Shown: positions 1 to 8,222, counted from the first letter of the stretch. The stretch is DNA of 32,000 bases from Candidatus Saccharimonadota bacterium (GCA_025349965.1 CP075337.1:480001-512000), one strand, 5' to 3'. The notes: generated from the letters alone by a model not told the origin. Program-made: numbers and translations.

Positions 1-3000
1 GATGGCGACACCGTCTGGAATGGCACCTTGGAGAACAGCGACAGGGGAGGACTTGTTGGTCATTGTGCCGTCGCCAAGCTGGCTGGAAGTGCCAAGACCC
101 CAACAATAGGCTTTATTGTCGGAGGCAAGGGCGCAGGTGTGGCTACCACCGGCTGTGAGTTGGCGGATGGTAGTGCCGGCCGGAATGGCTCCCTGGAGAA
201 CAGCGACAGGGGAGGACTTACTGACCGTAGTGCCGTCGCCAAGCTGGCTGGAGGTGCCAGCTCCCCAGCAGTAGGCCTTGTTGTCGGAGGCAAGGGCGCA
301 GGTGTGGCTAGCACCAGGCGCAAGCTGGCGGATGGTAGTGCCGGCTGGAATGGCCCCCTGGAGAACAGCAACAGGGGAGGATTTGTTGGTCGTTGTGCCG
401 TCGCCAAGCTGGCCGGAGGTGCCAGCCCCCCAGCAGTAGGCCTTGTTGTCGGAGGCAAGGGCGCAGGTGTGGTTGGTACCCGTTGCAAGCTGGCGGATGG
501 TAGTGCCAGCCGGAATGGCACCCTGGAGAACAGCAACAGGGGAGGATTTACTGACCGTTGTGCCGTCGCCAAGCTGGCTGGAGGTGCCAAGACCCCAGCA
601 GTAGGCCTTGTTGTCGGAGGCAAGGGCGCAGGTGTGAAGATTACCGTTAATAACCTGCCGGATAGTAACACCGGCTGGAATGGCCCCCTGGAGAACGGCG
701 ACAGGGGAGGATTTGTTGGCCGCTGTGCCGTCGCCAAGCTGGCTGTAGGTACCATTTCCCCAGCAGTAGGCCTTGTTGTCGGAGGCAAGGGCGCAGCTGT
801 GGCTACCACCGGCCGTGAGTTGGCGGATGGTGGCACCGTCTGGAATGGCACCCTGGAGAACAGCGACAGGGGAGGATTTGTTGGCCGTTATGTCAGCTCC
901 CCAGCAGTAGGCCTTGTTGTCGGAGGCGAGGGTGCAGGTGTGGCTATTACCGGCTGTGAGTTGGCGGATGGTAGTGCCAGCCGGAATGGCACCCTGGAGA
1001 ACAGCAACAGGGGAGGATTTACTGACCGTTGTGCCGTCACCGAGTTGACCATTTGTGTTTGTACCCCAGCAATAGGCTTTGCTGTCGGAGGCGAGGGTAC
1101 AGGTGTAGTTAGAGCCGATGGTAACTTGCCGAAAGGATACACTAGTCAAAACTTCAGCCGGATAGAATTTACTAGTAGTTGTACCGTCGCCAAGCTGGCC
1201 AACACTGTTATACCCCCAGCAATAGGCTTTATTGTTAGCTGTAAGGGCGCAAGTATGATTGATGCCGGGTATAATGCGACGAATCGTAACTCCGGCTGGG
1301 ATTTCACCCTGAGAGACGGCGACGGGAGAGAATTTGTCATCTGCGGTACCGTTACCAAGTCGACCGTTTGCATTCTGCCCCCAGCAATAAGCTTTGTTAT
1401 CGGAAGCGAGGGTACAGATGTAGCCAACGCCAGCAGTAAGCTGCCGAATGGTGGCACCGGCTGGGATTTCACCCTGAGAGACGGCGACGGGAGAGAATTT
1501 ATTGACAGTCGTGCCGTCGCCGAGCTGACCTGATGTATTCTGCCCCCAGCAATACGCCCTGTTGTCGGAGGCGAGGGCGCAGGTATTATGCCCCCCTGCT
1601 GTGATTTGCCGAATCGCAACTCCGGACGGGATAGCCCCCTGGAAGACAGCAACAGGAGTAACTCTATTGGTACTAATACTACTACCGCCGGCCTGTCCGT
1701 AGGCGTTATACCCCCAGCAGTAGACTTTATTATCGGAGGTAAGTGCACAGGTGTGGCTAGAGCCGGCTACAAGTTGCCGAATCGTAACTCCGGCTGGGAT
1801 TTCACCCTGAGAGACGGCGACAGGGGAACTCTTTTGAATAGTCGTACCGTCACCTAGCTGACCGTAATTGCTATACCCCCAGCAATAGATTTTATTATCT
1901 GAAGCGAGGACACAAGTATAGTTAACCCCGGTTACAAGTTGCCGAATCGTAACTCCGGCTGGGATTTCACCCTGAGAGACGGCGACAGGGGAACTCTTTT
2001 GAATAGTCGTACCGTCACCTAGCTGACCGTTTCCGTTATTCCCCCAGCAGTAGACCCTATTGTCAGAGGTGAGAGCGCAGGCATGAGTACTGCCCGCAGA
2101 TACATTCTTAAGATACGGCCACCGCGTCTTATCATAAAGGCTATTCACGCTTACCGGCGTTCTCGATGCAGTTGTATCCCCGCGACCAAAGCGCCCCTCT
2201 AGATTTGCGCCCCAGCAATATGCCTTTTCTTGGCTCGTCAATACACAGACACTGCCATTCATAGCTGAAACTTGTGTAACTATTGCACCATCAGGTATTT
2301 CACCTGATGAAATTGACACAGGGAGCGTTCGCGTTGTTGTTGAGCTATCGCCAATCTCACCATTTCCATTGAATCCCCAGCAATACACCCTACCAGTCGT
2401 TGAGACTGCACAGGTTGACCGCCCCGAAACCCCATTACCACTTGCAGAGATACTATCAATCATAGTATCTTTCGCTTCGATATCTGCAAAATTAACAAGT
2501 GTAGGGGAGTTTGAGTTTGTAACATCGTTCAGGGCTTTTCCAAGCTTTCCATCGGCACCACTCCCCCAGCAATAGGCCTTGCTGTCTGTTGTTACGGCAC
2601 AGGTATGCCCCCAGCCTAAAGACAGCTGGGAGACGCGAGCAGTCGCCGCCATAGCACCTTGAGCAACTGCCGCGGGCACCGAGGTATTTGCAACACCTCC
2701 CGTTCCGAGACGTCCGCTATCACCGGCGCCCCAGCAATAGGCCTTATCGTTTGAGGCAATCATACAGGTTTGCTCGGTACCGGTTTCAATTTGGAGCGCG
2801 GTACTTCCAGCAGGGGTAGCACCTTGCGCAACAGCGACCGGGGCATTCTTCTGAACAGTAGTGTTATCGCCAAGCTGTCCGTAGTTATTGTAGCCCCAAC
2901 AGTAGGCTTTGTTATCAAACCCAATTGCGCATGTATGATAGAACCGCGTGGATATCTGAGATACTTGCATTGCCGCAGCGGGGCGGCTACCTTGCGCAAC

Positions 3001-3300
3001 GGCAACCGGAGTATTTCGCTGCGTAGTTGAGCCGTCACCAAGCGTACCGTTGGTATTAAAACCCCAACAATACGCTTTGTTGTCAGAGGCAATGGCGCAC
3101 GTTGTGTCACGACCAGCGGTAATCGAGAGTATCGTCGCATCTTGCGGCATTGCTCCGCGCGCCACTGCCGTCGGAGTGGTGCGCTGCGTCGTCGTACCAT
3201 CACCGAGTTGTCCATATGTATTCAGACCCCAGCAATACGCCTTGTTGTCAGAGGCAATGGCGCACGTATGTGTCACTCCTTGCGAAATCTGTCGCCACGA
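1..3300 (-). repeat. Coding tandem repeat array, unit about 165 bp (55 codons), about 20 units
   Basis: The conserved Trp codon (cca on the plus strand) recurs at 100, 265, 430, 595, 760, 901, 1066, 1216, 1381, 1546, 1714, 1879, 2044, 2212, 2377, 2566, 2731, 2896, 3064 and 3229. Spacing is mostly 165 bp, with in-frame variants of 141, 150, 168 and 189 bp. A perfect 98-bp duplicate occurs at 1768..1865 and 1933..2030. Confidence 0.9.
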
Positions 3301-3795
3301 AAGTTCAATACCCGGGTTTACATCCGTGACCGTATCTTGTAGCCGCATCACTGAACTATACGACTTCCACACCTCGCCGGTACTTGAGCGTGTACGCTCC
3401 GTAAACCCCTTTACTTTCACGGTACTAATATCCCCGGCAATATCAGGGCCTGCAGCAACTTCAAACCGAGTACGTACATTCGGCGTATCAACGACATAAC
3501 AATCAGGGCCAGCACACTGATCGCTTGAGCCGTAACAATCACCACCAGGGCGAAGCGTCTGGTCCCATGTTAAGTAGCCGTCTTCAATACAAGAGCGCGC
3601 CATTTGCAATCCGGCCTCAGAAGCCTCCTTCGCAAGCTGGCTATAGTACTGGTTTTGTAGCGCAACGCGCGAAGAGTTAACCGCACCTACGGCGACAGTG
3701 AGCATCGTCAGCAAAATCATCGAAGCAATCAAAACAGTAGGGAGCGCAAAGCCCCTAGAAGATTTCCCACCAAAAACACTCCGAATCTTTTGCAT
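1..3795 (-). CDS. Giant surface protein, 3' partial: PilX-like (type IV minor pilin-like) N-terminal hydrophobic domain followed by about 20 RCC1/beta-propeller-type repeats
   Basis: Absent from the ORF track because there is no stop codon inside the window. I translated the minus frame (codon first bases at positions divisible by 3) from ATG 3795 to base 1 and found no stop. N-terminus: MQKIRSVFGGKSSRGFALPTVLIASMILLTMLTVAVGAVNSSRVALQNQYYSQLAKEASEAGLQMARSCIEDGY. A 55-aa unit then repeats, e.g. WGAGTSGQLGDGTTTNKSSPVAVLQGAIPAGTTIRQLAPGASHTCALASDNKAYC, which matches the RCC1 signature (CWG..GQLGDG...HTCA). Upstream on the minus strand: TGcTACAAT at 3817..3809. Confidence 0.9.
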   Translation of the reverse strand, partial: MQKIRSVFGGKSSRGFALPTVLIASMILLTMLTVAVGAVNSSRVALQNQYYSQLAKEASEAGLQMARSCIEDGYLTWDQTLRPGGDCYGSSDQCAGPDCYVVDTPNVRTRFEVAAGPDIAGDISTVKVKGFTERTRSSTGEVWKSYSSVMRLQDTVTDVNPGIELSWRQISQGVTHTCAIASDNKAYCWGLNTYGQLGDGTTTQRTTPTAVARGAMPQDATILSITAGRDTTCAIASDNKAYCWGFNTNGTLGDGSTTQRNTPVAVAQGSRPAAAMQVSQISTRFYHTCAIGFDNKAYCWGYNNYGQLGDNTTVQKNAPVAVAQGATPAGSTALQIETGTEQTCMIASNDKAYCWGAGDSGRLGTGGVANTSVPAAVAQGAMAATARVSQLSLGWGHTCAVTTDSKAYCWGSGADGKLGKALNDVTNSNSPTLVNFADIEAKDTMIDSISASGNGVSGRSTCAVSTTGRVYCWGFNGNGEIGDSSTTTRTLPVSISSGEIPDGAIVTQVSAMNGSVCVLTSQEKAYCWGANLEGRFGRGDTTASRTPVSVNSLYDKTRWPYLKNVSAGSTHACALTSDNRVYCWGNNGNGQLGDGTTIQKSSPVAVSQGEIPAGVTIRQLVTGVNYTCVLASDNKIYCWGYSNYGQLGDGTTIQKSSPVAVSQGEIPAGVTIRQLVAGSSHTCALTSDNKVYCWGYNAYGQAGGSSISTNRVTPVAVFQGAIPSGVAIRQITAGGHNTCALASDNRAYCWGQNTSGQLGDGTTVNKFSPVAVSQGEIPAGATIRQLTAGVGYICTLASDNKAYCWGQNANGRLGNGTADDKFSPVAVSQGEIPAGVTIRRIIPGINHTCALTANNKAYCWGYNSVGQLGDGTTTSKFYPAEVLTSVSFRQVTIGSNYTCTLASDSKAYCWGTNTNGQLGDGTTVSKSSPVAVLQGAIPAGTTIRQLTAGNSHTCTLASDNKAYCWGADITANKSSPVAVLQGAIPDGATIRQLTAGGSHSCALASDNKAYCWGNGTYSQLGDGTAANKSSPVAVLQGAIPAGVTIRQVINGNLHTCALASDNKAYCWGLGTSSQLGDGTTVSKSSPVAVLQGAIPAGTTIRQLATGTNHTCALASDNKAYCWGAGTSGQLGDGTTTNKSSPVAVLQGAIPAGTTIRQLAPGASHTCALASDNKAYCWGAGTSSQLGDGTTVSKSSPVAVLQGAIPAGTTIRQLTAGGSHTCALASDNKAYCWGLGTSSQLGDGTMTNKSSPVAVLQGAIPDGVAI

Positions 3796-3898
3796 AATTC
3801 TACGTTCAATTGTAGCACAAGCAGAATCGTTGCAGACAATAAAAAATTACTGTACAATGTATAGTAACGATTAGTTTAGGGAGATAACTGAGGTTTTT

Positions 3899-4177
3899 AT
3901 GTCAGACACAAATAATAACGACGCAAAAGTAATTGTTTACCGCACAAGCTGGTGTGCTTTTTGCCACACTGAAATGCAGTGGCTTGAGCGCCTTGGCGTA
4001 AAGTATGTCGCTAAAGACATCGAAGAAGACGAAGAGGCTCACAAGGAGCTTATGCAGAAAATCAATGGCGACTTCCGCGGCGTTCCAGTAACCGACATCG
4101 CTGGAGATATCATTCTTGGCTTTGACCGTCCTAAACTCCAAGACTCGCTTAAAAATCATGGGCTCGCCGCTGCCTAA
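3899..4177 (+). CDS. Glutaredoxin/NrdH-like small thiol-disulfide oxidoreductase
   Basis: 92 aa with a thioredoxin-fold pattern: VIVYRTSWCAFCHTEMQWL (CxxC = CAFC) and GVPVT in the C-terminal part. GAGG lies 8 nt upstream of the ATG. Confidence 0.85.
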   Translation: MSDTNNNDAKVIVYRTSWCAFCHTEMQWLERLGVKYVAKDIEEDEEAHKELMQKINGDFRGVPVTDIAGDIILGFDRPKLQDSLKNHGLAAA

Positions 4178-5030
4178 CACGGCGGCTCGGACAGTACGTC
4201 CGGCTCATCACACAAAAGCACCAGAAACTCCTCTGGTGCTTATTCATGGGTTTAGAGGCACGAAACAAGGGCTTCAACTTATAGGCAAAGAACTCTCGAC
4301 TATCGGGAAGGAGAACACTACTTCATACAGTCTTCTTGCACCCGACCTTCCGGGGTTTGGTCGTGGAGCACACCTTCCGCAGTACACGCTCGACGCATAC
4401 GTTGAATGGCTTCACGGCTACATGGTAGGCGTCCAGAAAAAATTCCCCCGCAAGAAAATAACACTCCTTGGACATTCATTTGGGAGTATTATTTGCGCAG
4501 CCTACGCATCAAAATACCCAAAAACCATCGGTAAACTTATTCTCGTTAACCCGATCGCCACACCGGCACTAGAAGGCCAAAAGAAACTTCTCACAAATTT
4601 AGCTATTTTATACTACAAGATTGGTGCAAAACTTCCCGAAAAAGCCGCAAAACCATGGCTTGCATCACCACTGATTGTCAGGATTATGAGTATTGCCATG
4701 ACAAAAACAAAAGACCCGGAGCTTCGTAAGTTTATTCATGCACAACATGATCAATATTTCAGTCGATTTCATAGTCCAAGTTCAGTTCTTGGGAGCTTTA
4801 AGACATCAGTAAGTCATACTGTTGGCGAATATGCCGCGACTATTCCCGTTAAAACGCTCCTTATTGCTGGCTCCATCGATGACATTACACCACTTAGCAA
4901 CCAATTCGGCTTAGTTAAAAAGTTTCCAGATGCAAAGTTAAAAGTAATCGATAACGTCGGGCACCTTACTCATTACGAAACGCCACACACCGTAGCGGAG
5001 CATGTTCACACTTTTGTTAAGTCTGTATAG
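4116..5030 (+). CDS. Alpha/beta-fold hydrolase
   Basis: LVLIHGFRGT oxyanion region, GHSFGS nucleophile elbow, and a C-terminal GHLTHYE histidine region. The start is uncertain: TTG 4116 is preceded by GGAG at 4103..4106, and ATG 4158 is the alternative. Confidence 0.8.
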   Translation: MALTVLNSKTRLKIMGSPLPNTAARTVRPAHHTKAPETPLVLIHGFRGTKQGLQLIGKELSTIGKENTTSYSLLAPDLPGFGRGAHLPQYTLDAYVEWLHGYMVGVQKKFPRKKITLLGHSFGSIICAAYASKYPKTIGKLILVNPIATPALEGQKKLLTNLAILYYKIGAKLPEKAAKPWLASPLIVRIMSIAMTKTKDPELRKFIHAQHDQYFSRFHSPSSVLGSFKTSVSHTVGEYAATIPVKTLLIAGSIDDITPLSNQFGLVKKFPDAKLKVIDNVGHLTHYETPHTVAEHVHTFVKSV

Positions 5031-6175
5031 ATCGTTTCGAATCTTTCAAGTGTTGTATCAAGGTCATGTGTCTTCGCAATGGCAAGACTTTCTTTACTCA
5101 TTGCATCACGCAGTTTTGAATCTTCAAGGATCTTAATAAGCCCCTTCGCAATAGCGTGACTATCATCCTGCTCACAGATGTATCCGTTGCGCTCATGCTG
5201 ACAAAGTTCGCTCAAAGCGCCAGCATCAATGGCTACAACAGGCTGGCCACTTGCCATTGCCTCAAGGGTTGCAATGCTTTGAAGCTCAGCTGGTGAAGGC
5301 ATACAGAAGACGGTACCAACACGGTGCAGTGACTGCAGGTCTTCATCTGTAACACGTCCAGTAAACGATACTGAATCATCCACGCCTAAGTCGCGTGCCA
5401 AAGCGCCCAGAGTCCCAAACTCCGTGCCGTCGCCCACAACAACAAGATGTACATCCGGAAGAGCATTTTTCACCTCAACAAACGCCTGCAAAAGAATAGG
5501 GAGGTGTTTTTCGGCGTCAAGGCGGCCAACATAGCTCACAATCGGTGCATTTTTAGGAATTGAGAATTTCTCATACACAATCTCAGGCACTTCTCCTGGG
5601 GAGAACTGAGAAAGATTGATGCCGTTTGAAACAGCCTCAAGTGGGACGGCAAGTTTATCACCAGCATTAAACATATCAATCGCAGATTGCGTCGGCATCG
5701 TAACATAATCCGCCTTTGAGTGGAACCGTGCACCATACGCTTTAAGAATATAATTAATTGGGCGAGAAACTGGCGCAAGAAGTACAAGATTATCCATGAG
5801 GTTCTCTGGCATCGCATGATTCGTACTCACAATTGGAATACCTTTCTTATTGCCGTACTTCATTGCCGCTTGGCCAATCCACATTAACATTTGGATATGG
5901 ATTACATCGGGGTCAAATTCTTCGATAATTTTCTTTACTTCCCGTGCAGGATTGAGTGAAATTCTAAAATTCTGATAAAACGGAAAGGCAACAGAAACCG
6001 TTCGTACAATCGTGTAATTTCCGTCGACTTCTTTGTACTTTTTTCCGGTTTGACTTGGTGCAATAACAAGCACTTCGTGACCACGGGCAGCTAAGCCTTG
6101 AGCCAAATTACGGCTGAAAGTCGCAACGCCATTGATAGTCGGGTAGTGTAAGTCCGACGCAATTAGGATTTTCAT
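5006..6175 (-). CDS. Glycosyltransferase family 4 (GT-B, glycos_transf_1 type)
   Basis: N-terminus MKILIASDLHYPTINGVATFSRNLAQGLAARGHEV, and an EX7E-like PSPAELQSIATLEAMASG. I prefer ATG 6175 over the track start 6223 because TGgTATACT (6196..6188, minus strand) lies 12 nt upstream. The 3' end overlaps the convergent hydrolase gene by 25 bp. Confidence 0.85.
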   Translation of the reverse strand: MKILIASDLHYPTINGVATFSRNLAQGLAARGHEVLVIAPSQTGKKYKEVDGNYTIVRTVSVAFPFYQNFRISLNPAREVKKIIEEFDPDVIHIQMLMWIGQAAMKYGNKKGIPIVSTNHAMPENLMDNLVLLAPVSRPINYILKAYGARFHSKADYVTMPTQSAIDMFNAGDKLAVPLEAVSNGINLSQFSPGEVPEIVYEKFSIPKNAPIVSYVGRLDAEKHLPILLQAFVEVKNALPDVHLVVVGDGTEFGTLGALARDLGVDDSVSFTGRVTDEDLQSLHRVGTVFCMPSPAELQSIATLEAMASGQPVVAIDAGALSELCQHERNGYICEQDDSHAIAKGLIKILEDSKLRDAMSKESLAIAKTHDLDTTLERFETIYTDLTKV

Positions 6176-6224
6176 AATCTGCGCCTTAGTATACCATACT
6201 CGATGAATATATCCGTCCGCCATC

Positions 6225-6233
6225 TGTTACAAT
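6225..6233 (+). promoter_or_regulatory. Extended -10 box TGtTACAAT, 7 nt upstream of the smpB ATG (leaderless-type)
   Basis: Read directly: ctgttacaat agaggaa ATG(6241). Confidence 0.5.
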
Positions 6234-6240
6234 AGAGGAA

Positions 6241-6714
6241 ATGGCTGGAAAGAAAAAACCCACACGAGCATCATCAAAAGCACCGGTAATCACCAATCGG
6301 CGTGCTTCGTATGATTATGCACTTGGCGACGAGATTACTACCGGCATCGCCCTGACAGGTAGGGAAGTGCGTGCGGCTCGCGATGGGCGCGTACAACTTA
6401 AAGGTGCGTTCGTTACCATCCGCAACAACGAACTCTGGCTTAATAATGCAAGCTTTAGTCTTGCACTGAACTCAAAGGGCACTCACGAAACCTCTGTAGA
6501 TACATCACCTCGCAAACTACTTGCGCATCGCCGCCAAATCGACGAGCTACAAGATCAAAAACAGACTGGACTCACCATCGTACCACTCAGGCTCCTTACA
6601 AAAGGCCGTCATATTAAGCTTGTTATCGCGACCGGTAAAGGTAAGAAACTCTACGATAAGCGCCAAAGCATCAAGCAGCGCGATCAAATGCGCGACGCAG
6701 CAAAATTACGATAA
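6241..6714 (+). CDS. smpB: SsrA-binding protein SmpB
   Basis: 157 aa. ITNRRASYDYALGDEITTGIALTGREVRAARDG...LWLNNASFS...RKLLAHRRQIDEL is the typical SmpB pattern, with a basic C-terminal tail. Confidence 0.95.
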   Translation: MAGKKKPTRASSKAPVITNRRASYDYALGDEITTGIALTGREVRAARDGRVQLKGAFVTIRNNELWLNNASFSLALNSKGTHETSVDTSPRKLLAHRRQIDELQDQKQTGLTIVPLRLLTKGRHIKLVIATGKGKKLYDKRQSIKQRDQMRDAAKLR

Positions 6715-6715
6715 A

Positions 6716-6750
6716 AGAAAAGCCCGGCAAAACCGGGCGATTCTTTATTC
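6716..6750. terminator. Bidirectional intrinsic terminator between convergent smpB and the 6762..7262 gene
   Basis: GCCCGG-caaaa-CCGGGC hairpin at 6722..6738. T-rich runs flank it on both strands: gattctttatt on plus, cttttctttt on minus. Confidence 0.6.
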
Positions 6751-6761
6751 GATAGGGCGCC

Positions 6762-7262
6762 TCACCTTCCGGCGAGGGTAGAGCGCGGCATGGCGCAGAA
6801 GCGGATTCTTCCGTTTGACTTGACCGTCAGCTGGAAGGTGTTTTCATCCACGAAGAACGTCACGATGCTTCGCGCTTCGCCACGGTTCCAGGAGTGCGGG
6901 TGTGCGAACGTATCGTACGCCAACATCAGCGCTCCAGGGGGAAGCAGAACGGTCATACCAACACCGGGCAAAAACAGCACCCGAGACGGATACGTATCCG
7001 CCATACGCGCCATCATCTCCGCATTGTGCGGATTGATCGGGATAAACAAGCGGACCTGTTCACCCAAGGCGTGCTTCAGGTTATCATTGTTCTTCCCATA
7101 AAGGCTCGTCACCTTTGCGCCAGAGTCTTTACGCTCACGACCCCACACCTCGCGCACATAGGCACGAACATGGATGCATCCAGCAGGAACTGGAGGTTCG
7201 GGCGGTGGCCCACTTGGCTTCATTGACGGTGCGGTGTTTCGATATACCACACGATGTGCCAT
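6762..7262 (-). CDS. Hypothetical protein (GC-rich gene; C-terminal half weakly resembles a double-stranded beta-helix / 2OG-Fe(II) oxygenase fold)
   Basis: I prefer ATG 7262 (MAHRVVYRNTAPS...) because GAAGGGA lies upstream, and the AT-rich 7263..7331 extension in the track does not look coding. Segment GMTVLLPPGALMLAYDTFAHPHSWNRGEARSIVTFF resembles the distal His / Arg strand pattern of 2OG oxygenases, but no clear HxD is present. GC was about 57% in a hand-counted 60-nt line. Confidence 0.55.
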   Translation of the reverse strand: MAHRVVYRNTAPSMKPSGPPPEPPVPAGCIHVRAYVREVWGRERKDSGAKVTSLYGKNNDNLKHALGEQVRLFIPINPHNAEMMARMADTYPSRVLFLPGVGMTVLLPPGALMLAYDTFAHPHSWNRGEARSIVTFFVDENTFQLTVKSNGRIRFCAMPRSTLAGR

Positions 7263-7336
7263 CCTTGTATCCCTTCTCTCTATCGTACAAAGAACATTTC
7301 TTATTATATCATAAAACGTAATAATTTTCAATTAAG

Positions 7337-7345
7337 TGCTATACT
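7337..7345 (+). promoter_or_regulatory. Extended -10 box TGcTATACT, 6 nt upstream of the xth ATG (leaderless-type)
   Basis: Read directly: gtgctatact gaaact ATG(7352). Confidence 0.55.
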
Positions 7346-7351
7346 GAAACT

Positions 7352-8152
7352 ATGAAATTATACTCGTGGAACGTAAACGGCATCCGTGCCGTTATCAATA
7401 AGGGCGCTTTTCAGGAATTTATCGCCAAGCACCAACCAGACATTCTTTGTCTCCAAGAAACAAAAGCCAAGCAAGGCCAGGCTGAGATTGATCTTCCAGA
7501 ATACGAAGAATATTGGAATAGTGCAGAGCGAGCAGGCTACAGCGGAACGGCTATCTTCTCAAAGCAGAAACCGCTAAGCGTACAGTACGGTTTTTCCGAT
7601 GAAATCTCCCAAAAATATACCCTGTCCGCAGACCGATTTGGAGACCCAACAAAAGAAGGGCGCGTTATTTCTGCCGAGTTTGATACTTTTTGGGTTGTGA
7701 CCGTCTACACACCGAACTCAAAAGGTGACCTAGGACGGCTTGAGCTCCGCCACAAATACTGGGACCCAGCGTTCCTAGAGCATATTAAAACCCTTGAACA
7801 GACTAAGCCGGTAGTATTTTGCGGTGACCTTAATGTTGCTCACCAAGAAATTGACCTTGCTAATCCTAAGCCAAATATTGGCAAGCATGGCTTTACCGAC
7901 GAAGAGCGAGAAGGCTTTGATAATTTCGTTGCAGCTGGTTTTGTAGACACCTTCCGCGCCGCGAACCCAGACACTACAGCTGCGTACAGCTGGTGGAGTC
8001 ACTGGGCAAATGCACGCGCTCGTAACGTAGGGTGGCGGATTGACTACTGGCTTGCAAGCAAATCAATCGCCGACAAAGTAAAAAACCCGCAAATCCACCC
8101 TGATGTATTAGGATCGGATCACTGTCCAGTCAGCATTGAGCTTGACGTTTAA
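7352..8152 (+). CDS. xth: Exodeoxyribonuclease III (AP endonuclease, Xth family)
   Basis: MKLYSWNVNGIRA, LCLQETKA, NVAHQEIDL and GSDHCPV are canonical EEP/ExoIII motifs. Confidence 0.95.
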   Translation: MKLYSWNVNGIRAVINKGAFQEFIAKHQPDILCLQETKAKQGQAEIDLPEYEEYWNSAERAGYSGTAIFSKQKPLSVQYGFSDEISQKYTLSADRFGDPTKEGRVISAEFDTFWVVTVYTPNSKGDLGRLELRHKYWDPAFLEHIKTLEQTKPVVFCGDLNVAHQEIDLANPKPNIGKHGFTDEEREGFDNFVAAGFVDTFRAANPDTTAAYSWWSHWANARARNVGWRIDYWLASKSIADKVKNPQIHPDVLGSDHCPVSIELDV

Positions 8153-8154
8153 GA

Positions 8155-8183
8155 TTGACAAATCTACCTATTTTTGATATAAT
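8155..8183 (+). promoter_or_regulatory. Consensus sigma70-type promoter: TTGACA, 17 nt, TGaTATAAT
   Basis: TTGACA at 8155..8160, a 17-nt spacer, and TATAAT at 8178..8183 with TG at 8175..8176. It is followed by AAGGAGG at 8208..8214. Confidence 0.65.
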
Positions 8184-8222
8184 ATATACATTCCGTACAC
8201 CCAATTCAAGGAGGTGGTCATT

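Noticed and set aside
28-1533. 501-aa plus-strand ORF, the longest complete ORF in the track at the left end (MENSDRGGLVGHCAVAKLAG...).
   Set aside because: It is antisense to the RCC1-repeat frame. The minus frame gives a textbook RCC1 signature (AYCWG..GQLGDG..HTCA) and is continuous with a start, promoter and pilin-like N-terminus at 3795. The plus ORF is a repetitive artefact of stop-poor GC-rich repeats and ends where the repeats diverge.
60-1748. Minus-strand ORFs 60..851, 888..1142 and 1146..1748, which are Pro/Thr/Ala-rich (PLPPTTRPTAG...).
   Set aside because: They lie in the wrong minus frame, with start coordinates congruent to 2 mod 3. They are broken into pieces, whereas the frame with first bases divisible by 3 is open across the whole 3795 bp.
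1-3300. The regular 165-bp periodic repeats could be taken for a CRISPR array, satellite DNA or a DGR variable region.
   Set aside because: The period is a multiple of 3 and sits inside one open frame with conserved protein motifs. There are no short unique spacers between identical repeats. No reverse transcriptase or template repeat is present in the window.
6176-6223. Longer N-terminal extensions offered by the track for several genes: 6223, 7331, 10731, 13812, 18585, 21605, 25363 and 28570.
   Set aside because: The extensions are AT-rich, overlap promoters, operators or inverted repeats, and precede internal ATG or TTG codons that have an SD or an abutting -10 box. I used the shorter starts, but they remain predictions.
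6715-6761. Looked for a tmRNA (ssrA) gene next to smpB, and for an integration scar that could explain the adjacent GC-rich gene.
   Set aside because: Only a 17-nt hairpin terminator fits in the 47-bp gap. There is no tRNA-like acceptor/T-arm, no direct repeats and no integrase.
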